From Macrostomum hystrix (lineage: Eukaryota > Animalia > Platyhelminthes): a stretch of 64,000 nucleotides of DNA. Every line of letters starts with the position of its first letter. Position 1 is the first letter of the stretch. The notes below the pieces were generated by a model. That model searched no databases. It had not been told where the DNA came from and saw only the letters and a program-made list of their open reading frames with translations. The stretch is taken from contig CATNEN010000011.1 of NCBI GenBank assembly GCA_950097015.1, forward strand, positions 1,054,001 to 1,118,000, in the 5' to 3' direction. The translations under genes were made by a program, and so were the position numbers. Below, piece by piece: positions 1-11,600 of the stretch.

Positions 1-1
1 C

Positions 2-817
2 AGCGCTGAGGCCGACGCGACTGCCCAGGAAGACAGCTCCCAGATGAATCCAGCCACGACGGAAGACGAAAAAAAATGTGTCGCCGTGGAGATTTGCATT
101 CTGAAGCCCGGCGACGTCTTTGTGAGGCCGCTTTTTTTATAAAAAAACTTTTTCCTATTGTTTTCTCAAATTCTTTAACATAGGAGAATTGACGTATTTA
201 ATATTGTCGCCATTTTAGGGCCTGTCCGATATCATGTTCAAGGATGAGAAAATTCACGAGGTTGAGGACAGCGCCAGTGTCTCACTGGTGAGATCTTGGA
301 TCGATGATCGAAAGATGAGAGGGTTGAATGTTGGAAAGTGGTTCCTGAGCTCGTTTCCGCCGCGAGGCCATCATTCATTTGACAGCACCTGTTTCAAAGC
401 GAGGCCATCATTCATTTGACAACACCTGTTTCAAAGCGAGACCATCATTCATTTGACAACACCTGTTTCAAAGCGAGACCATCATTCATTTGACAACACC
501 TTTTCAAATACTTTCAACCACGAATCTGTACCATTCGTGTAAATGATTACCCGAAATCCGAACAGGTGAGCAACGGTGCCGAATGCGTCCTACTATCCAA
601 GGCCTTCTTTATCCAGCACGCGCCGGAGCGGGTCCGCCTAAGAGTTCGCGAGGCGGTGCAGCCCTACCCCAGCGAGCGAGTATTCGAGAGCAACTATTAC
701 ACCCAGGTGGCCTGGAATCGCTACAGGAGGGCAGTTTTTAAACTGGCTCTCAGCCGAGCTTTGGCTGCCAACGCCGGTCGGAGGGCGGCGGTGGCAGTTA
801 GAAGCGGCGTCAATTAA
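2..817 (+). CDS. 3' end of a cyclic nucleotide-binding domain protein (CNBD-like); 5' part lies outside the window
   Basis: Exons 2-121 (...VEICILKPGDVF), 219-287 (GLSDIMF...SVSL) and 566-817 (VSNGAECVLLSKAFF...stop) join in phase 0 with GT/AG ends. LKPGDVF|GL and VSNGAEC resemble cNMP-binding beta-roll motifs. Confidence 0.7.
363..500. repeat. Minisatellite, ~37-bp unit, ~3.5 copies (CNBD intron)
   Basis: Unit GAGACCATCATTCATTTGACAACACCTGTTTCAAAGC. Confidence 0.9.
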
Positions 818-822
818 TCGAA

Positions 823-901
823 GATGTACTTTTAACTGAGTCCAAATGTACTTTTAACAGAATCCAAAAGTACTTTTAACAGAGTCCACATGTACTTTAA
901 G
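823..901. repeat. Minisatellite, 22-bp unit, ~4 copies, just after the CNBD stop
   Basis: Unit AAATGTACTTTTAACAGAATCC. Confidence 0.8.
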
Positions 902-2145
902 CCAAACCTGAATGCACTTTTATCGGATTCTATACGTACTTTTAACTAACAATAGAAAGACCAATATTTCAAATATGCACATTTTCTTTTTTCTGTATCT
1001 CCTAAAATATTCAGCCAAACGCCCAGGAAATTCAGAACACGGGCTCAAATTTCCGCTCTATCCTCGATCACTAAATACCGGCATCGTCGAGATATTCAAC
1101 GACTCTTGTCGGGGTGTCTCGTGGCAAAAACCAACAATAAAGGCTCATTTTTTCTGCTCACAAAATTTCATCAGGTAACAATGTCGGTTATTATTGTTGA
1201 TAGTAGTAATAGTAGTAAATAGTAGTAAACTGCAATAGTAGTAAAGTACTAATTATGCACGAAATATCTCCTCAGAAAAAAATCAGCAGATTTTAATATA
1301 CAAACGTTTTGCTAACAGAATGAGAACGATATTTCTTTATTATGTTGTAGATTTTTGTAGTTTTTTAATGTAAACGGAATGTTTCACATTTAATTAGCCC
1401 TTTTTACGCTTCAATAAGTCGTTACACTGTCTGAAAAAATAACGAATTTACTAAAATTTGATTGGTCGTTTAGCTTTTGTTGCTATTTTTAGAAATAGCA
1501 ACCCGTGGGTACAACCCATTTTTACCCCTCAAACAAGACAGGTTTTTATAGAAACAATGAGAAACGAAAAATTTCATCTCGTTTTTTAAGCGATAAACTG
1601 TGTATCCATATGTAACAGATAGATTTGTAAGTGTATTTTAGTAGCAGATTGATTTTATTTAGCATTCGACAATGGCTGACAATGGCAAACAAAAGTGCAT
1701 GAAGATAAAATTGATAAAGACTGAACTTTCCGATTTTTTATGCATGACATTCTGTCACCGCGCAAACTAACAAATTGATGAAGAAGAAAAGCAAAAGCTG
1801 ACCAAATAACCGAGTCTGATTAATACAGCAATTAGCAATACACCAAGGTAAGATTATAAAATTTTAATAGCAGCAAAACCTAAAGAAAAGCTGTGAATAT
1901 TTCTGTGTTTCTGTGAATCTTTCCTACAATGACTATTCTATTTTCTACAAAAAAAATTTAATTCAGTGATTGCTTGAGAGTCGAAATTCGAAAGAAAGAA
2001 GCGAAAATTTCACGATAGCTCAAGCGAAATCTTACTATATACTCGTACTACTCGTAGTTTAGTTAGCCTAATTCAACATTTCAAAGTACCAACTGCCTAC
2101 CTCAAAATGTTCCGCCCTTTGCGATGATCTAATTTTCAAAGCCGT

Positions 2146-2345
2146 CCGAGTCAGCATCGTCGAGATATTCAGCAATTTTTCAGAGACCCTGGTGACAAGG
2201 ACAGCTTACCCAAAATAGTTAAAAATGATAGCCGATATGGGGTTTCATGATGAAATTTTGAGAGCAGAAAAATGATGCCTAATTAATGGTTTCTGCCACA
2301 GACATCCATTGAATATCTCGACGATGTCGATGTTTTGTGACTCGG
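2146..2345. mobile_element. Small inverted-repeat (MITE-like) element, with related partial copies at ~1040-1180 and ~5100
   Basis: CATCGTCGAGATATTCA (2155-2171) is inverted at 2310-2326 and CCGAGTCA at 2338-2345. The identical 18-mer GCATCGTCGAGATATTCA occurs at 1081-1098. Confidence 0.6.
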
Positions 2346-2633
2346 GAAGTTGTTTTATCTAATAGAGCAGAAAAATTTAGTCCTTGTTGCAGATTATCAT
2401 GGCAATTGGTTGAATAGTTTGGGAGATAAAGAAAAACGGATCTTTCTACTGTTGAGTAGTAGCATTAGTTTTTTATTATTTAACTTTTCTACTTATGAAA
2501 TGACGATAGACACACACACACACACACACACACCAAGAGAGCGATGCAATCTATAAACAATAATTTAGTCACAGTAACCAAGTATTTAGAAGAGATTTGC
2601 AATCAATCAGACAGAAGATTATCTAGTTGGCCA

Positions 2634-5600
2634 TCAAGCCAACAGTTTGACGTGCAAAGCCTGCAGCCGTTCCGCTTGCAAGGCCACTCGCACCAGCTGA
2701 CCGTCTGGCTTTGATGTCGCCGCCCCAGCCGGACAGCGCAGTCGGCCAATCAGGCGGCACTGATCGAAGGCCGGGGTTGGGGTTGGTCGCCGATCGGACA
2801 TCAGTTGGCGACGATTCGTCGATGACGACGAAGCCGAGGCGACGTCTGCGGCTACCTGCGTACAGGCGGACATCACAAGATCTTACATCATCAGCTAGAT
2901 TCAACTGAATCTATAAAGAAGACATGCTGTTTTTAGGTGACTCTTTAAGATGAAACCCTGTGAGTTTAGAATACTGTCAGATGTAAGTCTGTCAGATAAA
3001 AGCCTGTCAGATGTAAGTCTGTCAGATAAAAGCCTGTCAGATAAAAGTCTGTCAGATAAAAGCCTGTCAGATGAAAGTCTGTCAGATGGAAGTCTGTCAG
3101 ATGGAAGTCTGTCAGATGGAAACCAGTCAGATGGAAGCCTGTCAAATGAAAGCCCGTCAGATAAAAGCCTGTCAGCATGTTAAATGAAATCTAGTAAAAT
3201 GGATATTTACCTGACGAACTTTGGCAGCCAGAGCGGCCAGTCGAATGCGCGATTCCACCAGCTGGCGCTCGGGCGGCTCCTGTCTCGGGTGGGCCAGTTG
3301 AACAACGCCAACAACGGAGCCGCTGGACTCATCGTCTAGCAGCAGCTGGCGCTTCAACTCGTTGGCCAGATCGCACGATCGGCGCCAGAGCTCCGGCACG
3401 CCGGGAGCCGGCGATTCAGAGGCCTGACAGAGTCCGGTCAGCGACTGGTCCAAACCCGTCGGCTTCCTCGGCGGCGGTCGCAGCGGAGCCAGGCTGGCCA
3501 ACTCGCGCCGCAGTTTCTCGGAGCGCAGGCGGGCATTCTCGCTGGTGGCAAACTGCAGAGCGGCGTTGGCCGCCTCCAGCTGACGGTGAAAGTGGGAGGC
3601 GTCGCCGCCGCCAAGTGTTGGACCGGAAGCGGACGCGGCGGAAGAGGCTGACGGTGTGTGAGGTTCGGGATTTCGAATATGGAGTAAGACAAAAAATCGT
3701 CAAAGCATCGATTCACTTGTTGTAATTGGATAGGAAGCCTTCAGATGCCACTTCAGGCAGGAAGGGCGCTTCGGAATGCCAACACCAATATCAATAAATC
3801 CTAACCTGTTGATCCCAAATGAATCCCAACCTGTTGATCCCAAATGAATCCCAACCTGTTGATCCCAAATGAATCCCAACCTTTTGATCCCAATGAATCC
3901 CAAATGAATCCCAACCTGTTGATCCCAAATGAATCCCAACCTGTTGATCCCAAATGAATCCCAACCTTTTGATCCCAATGAATCCCAAATGAATCCCAAC
4001 CTGTTGATCCCAGTGAATCCCAATCTGTTGATCCCAAATGAATCCCAACCTGTTGATCCCAAATGAATCACAACCTGTTGATCCCAAATGAATCCCAACC
4101 TGTTGATCCCAAATGAATCCCAACCTGTTGATCCCAAATGAATCCCAACCTGTTGATCCCAAATGAATCCCAACCTGTTGATCCCAAATGAATCCCAACC
4201 TGTTGATCCCAATGAATCCCAACCTGTTGATCCCAAATGAATCCCAACCTGTTGATCCCAGTGAATCCCAATCTGTTGATCCCAAATGAATCCCAACCTG
4301 TTGATCCCAGTGAATCCCAATCTGTTGATCCCAAATAAATCGCAATCTGTTGATCCCAAAAAAATCTCAATCTGTTGATCCCGAATGAATCCCAATCTCA
4401 CCAGCTCCAGACTGTTGCTGTCCAGCAGCAGCCGGCACTCGGCTAGTCAATCCTTCCAGCAGGTTCTTCTTGCTGAGGGATTTCAGCTTGTCGCGCAGCT
4501 CGTGCCGCTCGGACTCAAGCGAGTCGATGTCGCTCTGCAAAGCTTCCACAGTCTGCTCAAATTCTGTCTCCTTCTTCTTCAGCTGCGACTCTGTCTGCTC
4601 TAGCAGCACTTGCAGTCGACCGCAGCGTTCTTCGTATTCCTTCTTGGTCAGTTCGAGTCGTTTTTCAATCATGGCCAGCTTGGTGGTGGCCTGGGAAAAT
4701 GTTTTTGTGTTTTGTTTGAAACATTTTTGGATTGTAGGATATTTGGGAGGAATCGGAAATCGCATTTTTCTTCTAAAAAAGCCGCAAAGAAAAGCAAAAA
4801 AACATATTTGATTTCTTAGAAATAACGAAAAACTTAAGGTGGGATGCATTGAAAATTTGGAACATTTCTAGGAAAAAAAGTACCTATACCTAGATTTTAG
4901 AAATCGAAATTCAAGATAATAATTCTAATATCTTCTAAGATTTAGAAGGGCTTTCTTAGAAACTAGGAATTCAGATTTTTTTTAGAAAATGGAATCGATT
5001 TCCAGGAAAACTTTGGATAGTTCACAGATTTCTTAGAAAAACACGGCCCTTATTTTTGTTTCGCATCTTCTGAAACAAGAATCAAGTTGCCAGCTCTTCA
5101 CATCGTCGAGATGTTCGATGGTTCTGGCCGAAGGTCGGATTTGTTTCATACACCCCTATACACAAATTAGCACTGCGCCTCAGTGCGGCCTTGCCAGACA
5201 TTCAAAATTGATCAGCATGTCACCCGAATGTGCTTGCATCATCTCCGTCTTCTGTCGTCACCTACCTTTATCTAGACGGTGTGCTGGACCTTCAATGGCA
5301 GCAACAGGTGGAAATAGGCCACAATGGACACCCTGACGCGAATTTCTCCAATTTCACTGATCAAGCCAAAATATTAGGCGCAGCTCAACCACAGGACACC
5401 ATCGCCTAGTCTGTCAATCAATCGGACACCATCCAAAGCTGTTAGCATTCGGGCGTGGCCAAATTCAAGAATTCTACAAATCAAATCTTTCCGAGATTCC
5501 CTAGATCAAACTAGATTAGATTTCCTAGAAACAAACCTCAGACAAATCCTGCTGCTTCTGTTTGATCTGCACAACCAGCTCTTTGAGTTCGGAATCTTTG

Positions 5601-8600
5601 GCCTCCAGTTTGCCGCGCAGAATATCATTGTCGGCCAGCTCCTTGCGGAAGGCCTGGGCGCGCAGTAGGACGGGCTCAACCGGGCGAACGTCGGCCGCAG
5701 TCTTGGTGCCATCGAAATCGTATTCGCCGTGTTCAACAGCGGCGCACACGGATTGCAGAGAGTCAAACACTGAGTCGAGCTCCTTGTCCAGACGATCCAA
5801 CGAGGTGACATTCTTCAGGTCGTAAGTGGACTCAACGCCAGCCAGGAGGTAGCCGACAACGGCAGTGACAGAGTCAGCCTCCGGAGCCTGGTGCATTTCT
5901 CTGCACGCGAACTGAAGGGCTCTCATAGCTGTGCTCAGCTGAGCAATGCTAGAGTCTAGGCGCTGACGAACAGGCTCGGGTAGGCGCAACGGCTGCTGCC
6001 GACTGTCGGCTGGTAGGCGGCGACGAATGCCCCGACCTTGGGATAATAGGAGAGGGAAGATAGATATGGATAGAGATGGACAGAGAGAAGATAGAGATGG
6101 ACAAAGAGAAGATAGAGATTGATAGAGGGAAAATAGAGATGGATGGAGGGAAGATAGAAATGGATAGTGAGAGACAGAGATGGATAGAGGGAAGATAGAA
6201 ATGGATAGTGAGAGACAGAGATGGATAGAGGTGGATAGAGGGGATATAGAGATGGATAGAGGGAAGATAGAGATGGATAGAGGGGATATAGAGATGAATA
6301 GACGGAAGATAGAGATGGATAAAGGGAAGATAGAGATGGAGAGACGGAATATAGAGACGGATAGAGGAATATAGAGATGGCATGATAGAGGTAAGGAAGT
6401 GAGAGTGAGATGCGAGTAGAGAAGGGAGAGCAGTGTGACAAACATTCTCACCTTTGCTAACAAACTCAGTCTTGAGAGAAGTGAGTTTAACAAACAGAGA
6501 TTTAGCCTGCGATTCGGCCAACAGAATGGAAGGCAAGCCGGCTTTGAGTCTGTCAACAATGGCTCCGAAAGCGTCGCCGGCAAAGGCGGCCATGCTGGCC
6601 AATCCGCGCAGGCAGGTGGCGGGGTCGGCAGGCAGGGAGGCCAGGTTGATGCGGTACAGGTCGTCCATGTAGTGAAGGAGACGCTCCAAGGAGGCGGTGT
6701 CGCAGTTCTCGTCAAGCGCGCCTTTTCTAAGCAGCTCGATTAGCTGGTCAAGCTGGATGAGGGATCGGCGATTGGGAAGTGAAATTCTGGGAGAATATTG
6801 AGACTCAGGTAAATGGGATCTTAAGACGAACGAACAGTATGTTGGGACATTAGTAAATATGGGATTTGACATTTGAGGATAGCGCAGTATGAGCCCACAT
6901 GTGTGACTTTGGGATGTAGGACTTTTGAGAAATGGGATATCAGGCGATATGGGATTTAGAGAAATGGGATAATAGACGATTTTGTTTAAGAAGTGAGATA
7001 CAAAAATCATTATTGCGGATTTAGGAAAGTGGGATACTAGGCGACATGGGACTTAACTGAGCAGTCAGAAAGTGTGATTGGAATTTGATAAATCGAGACT
7101 CAATAAAGGTGAAGCTTACAGCAGCCTCCTGTCCCAGCAGCTCGGGGAACAGGCTGGCGAGTTTGACCAGCAGCTCGGGCGAGCAGGTGACCAGGGCGTG
7201 CTGAAAATGTCCCAACAGGTGACGCAGGTGGCCCAGCAGGCAGCGCAGGTGAGCGGCGAATCTCTGCTGTTCGGTGGCCGGCGGCGGCGGCGGCGGGGAA
7301 GCGTCGGCGCTATCAGCAGCAGCGGCAGCGGCAGCAGCAGCGGCAGCGGGCGCCAGCTGATCAAGGCCGAATCTCTCCCTGAGCTGGTCGCACATCAGGT
7401 CGCACTTGCTGGCCATGCGGGTCATCAGCAGGCAAATCAGGACGCAGTCGTGATCGCCGCCGCGACGGGCGAACGACTCCGGCAGGAAGGCGCAGAGCAG
7501 CTTGACGTGGGACGCGTTCTGGGCGGCGTCGAGTTCGCGCAGCTCCGAGTCGATTAGGCGGGCCAATTGTCTGGTCTCGGCCATGTGACTCTTGAAGTCG
7601 AAACTGCCGGCTACAACCGCGGCAGCTGCAGCGTCGGCTGCGGCTGCAGCGGCCGCGGTCTGCTGCTGCTGAGCGGTATCTTCTGCGGCAGACGGCTTAG
7701 CCTGTTGCAGCTGGCGATTTTGCTCCTGAAAAAATAATTGTTGTGGGATTAATTATAGTTCGGCTGGTTAGATGGGATATCACGAGACAGACCCTGAAGT
7801 ATATAGGTAGAGGGTCTGAAGTATTTAGGAGTGAGGACCTGAAGTATTTAGGAAGAGGCAATAAAATATTTAGGAACGAGGCGCTTAAGTATTTACGAGT
7901 GAGGACCTGAAGTATTTAGGAGTGAGGACCTGAAGTATTTAGCAGTGAGGCCCTGAAGTATTGAGGAGTGAGGACCTGAAGTATTTAGGAATGAAGACCT
8001 GAAATATTTAGGAGTGAGGACCTGAAGTATTTAGGAGTGAGGCCCTGAAGTATTTAGGAATGAAGACCTGAAGTATTTAGGAATGAGGACCTGAAGTATT
8101 TAGGAGTGAGGCCCTGAAGTATTTAGGAGTGAGGCCCTGAAGTATTTAGGAGTGAGGCCTTGAAGTATTTAGGAATGCGGACCTGAAGTATTTAGGAGTG
8201 AGGCCCTGAAGTATATAGGAGTGTTAGAACCAGAACCTGAAGAATAGAAGTCAAGCAGCCCACAAGACAAGACTTTGCTGCAGACAGTTCTCACCTGCAG
8301 CTCCTTCACCAGATCGCGAAACTTTCCAATCGTGGCCTCGTAGTCTCTCACGCTATCCTGCATGCAGTTGTACATTCGCTTGAGTTCGTTCAGCGCGCCC
8401 TGCCGCAGCTCCAGCTGCTCTCTTAGGCCTGCTTCGGTTTCGCGCGAGCTCTCCAACAGTTCGTCGTTCATCTCGCACAGCTGTTCCAGGTCTTCCTTCT
8501 CCTCGGTCAGCTGTTCCACTCGCTCCTCCAAGGTGAGATTCTTCTCAGTTAAAGAGGAGACCATCTCTTCGGCGCCGAGAGCCGCGTCAACCTGGGGGAT

Positions 8601-11600
8601 GCCAGTGTCGAAATCGGGAATATAGTTTACTCGCGTCCTTAGAAACCAAAAATCACGATCTAATACTGGTATCCTTAGCAACCACAAATATACAATATAA
8701 CACTGGCGTCCTTCGCAACTGTAAGTAAATTGTAGTCCTTGGCAACGAATAATTAGATGATTAAATACTGGCGTCCTTAGGAACAAACATAAGTTCACGA
8801 CTTTTATATAAGAGTCCTTAGCAACCAAAATTACACGGTTTTACATACAATCGTCCTTAGCAACCACAAAACCGATATTTTGCTGCACCTCACCTGTTCC
8901 TGCAGCTCAATAAGCTTCTCATTAGTAGCTGTCAGCTCGTCCAAAGCTCTGGCCTTCTCGCGGCGAAGGTGTTCAGCCTCCGAACGCAGCTCTTTGCACT
9001 CCTTGCGGCAGGCCTGCAGCTCCTGCTTGTCCTGATTGGATAGGTCGCGAAATTTCACCAGACCCTCCTTTAGCTTGGCGTTCTGCTCTTGCAGCTGCTT
9101 CACCTCGAGCGGAGTGACGCCGTGTTGGTTAGCTAGGAAAAAGTATGATGATAAAATACTTGAAAGAAATTTTTATCCTACTACTGTTTAAAGTAGATGA
9201 ATCGAACTTTTTAGTATAATTAGAAAGTTCAAAAAGTATCAACTCGTGCCGTGCGGAATGATTTGAATACAAAACTCGGGAGGAACCTATTTTTGTTGAC
9301 GTCAAACAAAAATATAATTTTATTATTCGCTTATTTCTACTGACAGTTAGTAGTCTGATGCGAGAAGAAACTATTTATAATCTTTTGTTCATTCGAATGT
9401 TTGTGAATGAACTAGATAAATTTAAAATGACAAAAAAGCATGTTATGTGTTTTACAGCCTGAGAAGTTTCGCAAAGTCAAACAGGGTTGTATTTTGCTTG
9501 ATGGCAAAATCACAAATACTATCTAAGTTTGCACTTACACATCAATATTTTGGCTGGAAGAAAATAGATAAATAAATTTAGTTCTTTTTCTGCAATAAAC
9601 TAAACTTTAAAAACCAATTTAGAAAAAACTAACGACTAACTTGAAAATCAAAATAAAGAACTGCCGCGTTTGTGAAACTAAGAGCCAGATTAATAAATAT
9701 ACTTACAAATTTCTTTATACTCAGCTTCATAGATACTCGTAGGCGCTACATTTTCTAATTATACAGATAGAGAAAAAGAGTGAGTAAGTACGAAAATTTC
9801 GATTTTTGCCATAGACAATATAATGCCAGAATGGGAGTTAAAATATCATATCGGCGAGTCATTTTTGCCAGTGTACACTCTCATTGTACTTGAGGTGGTT
9901 GGCCATTGATTATGCGGCTACTCGTCACAGCCATACCAATCCTGCCGCCCATAGACTATATATAATTAATGAAATTAAAAAGGGGAAATAGGTCACCTAT
10001 TTTCATAGAAATCACTCACCTGTTCCCTCGGCCTCCTCTCGCATAATCTCATTCTCCAATTTGAGTTCGTCAACTCGCTGCTTAAGCGATTCAACTTCCT
10101 TCTCTAATTCGTCAGCCCTCTCCTCGGCCATCTCTTTGTCTAGCGTGGCCAGCTCCATGTTCTCGGCCACATCCGCCATGTCCTCCTTGTAGCTGGATAA
10201 ATTGTTTTAAATAATTTATATAAGCTCTAATTATTTTTTTGGGTAGATTAATTCTTAACTTTATCTTTTAAAAAGTGGAAAAAATTAGATTCGAACTCCA
10301 GATCTATCGGTTTAGAGTCCAGAGCTCAATTCCCTGGACTAGAACCACTTTTTCCCTTAGTCTAAGATTCAAACTTCAAACCTCTCAATTACAAACTCAA
10401 AGGTCCTAAACATAATGCGATAACTAATCGTTCCGCTAGTCTGAGATTCGAACTCCAGACCTCTGAAGTCTTTAGGATTGAGGCCCTGAAGTATTTAGGA
10501 AGAGGCCCTGAAATATTTAGATAGAGGCCCATATTTAAACGATTTTCCACTTAGCCTGAGATTCGAACTCCAGACCTCTGAAGTATTTAGGGAGAGGCCC
10601 TGAAGTATTTAGGAGTGAGGATCTGAAGTATTTAGGGAGAGGGCCCGAAGTATTAGGAATGAGGCCTTGAAGTATTTAGGGAGAGGGCCTGAAGTATTAG
10701 GAATGAGGTCCTGAAGTATTTTGGATTTTAGCCCTGAAGTATTTAGGTAGAGGCCCATATTTAAGCCTGAGATTCGAACTCCAGACCTCTCTATTCCCAT
10801 GAACTGAGATTTAAACTCCAGACCTATATAAGGTGCAATCTTGATCTAACCACTTACCGATCGAATGCCTCTCGAATCTGAGTAGCCTCAGCCTTAGCCG
10901 ACATGAGCTGTCGCTGCAGATCGGCATTCTGCTCAGCCATGCGTTTCTTATTCTCCTCCAGCTGTTGAAGCATCAGGCGAGCTTTCTCGCCCTCCTTCAA
11001 TCGATCTTTGTCGTTGGCGCGTTTCCGTTTTAGAATATCCAATTTCTCCTGCAGGTCGGAAACTTCTGCGCGCAGATTGTCAACCGCCTGATTGGATTCT
11101 GCTAGTTCGGCGTCGCGTTGTGACGAATCGCCGCCACCTGCGGCTAGCAACAGTTGGTCTGGATCTGCTGCGACCGCCTGCGGTTGGTAATGCGAGTAAT
11201 TTTTGTGCTCATTTTTGTCTGTCTTCTTTTCTTAATCAAGTCAGCCTTTTACAGGTTTACTTAAATGAAAGTGTTTTGAATTAACAATGTCAATATCTAA
11301 TCTAATCTTATCTGCTTAAATAACTCTGGTATCTAATCTCACCTTTGTAATTAACTCTGTTATCTAATCTCACCTTCGTAATTTACTCTGCTATCTAATC
11401 TCACCTTCGTAATTTACTCTGTTATCTAATCTCACCTGCATAATTGAATCTGGAATCTAATCTTACCTGCCTAATTTAATCGAGAATCTAATCTCACCTG
11501 CCTAATTGAATTTGGAATCTAATCTCACCTGCCTAATTTAATCTGGAATCTAATCCCACCTGCATAATTAAATCTGGAATCTAATCTTACCTGCCTAATT

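Noticed and set aside
3700-4401. Several overlapping [12 protein letters not shown] ORFs
   Set aside because: Translations of an intronic minisatellite.
7078-7557. Plus-strand ORFs opposite coding exons (also 4470-4811, 28397-28783, 31827-32210)
   Set aside because: Shadow ORFs expected opposite GC-rich exons; no recognisable domains.
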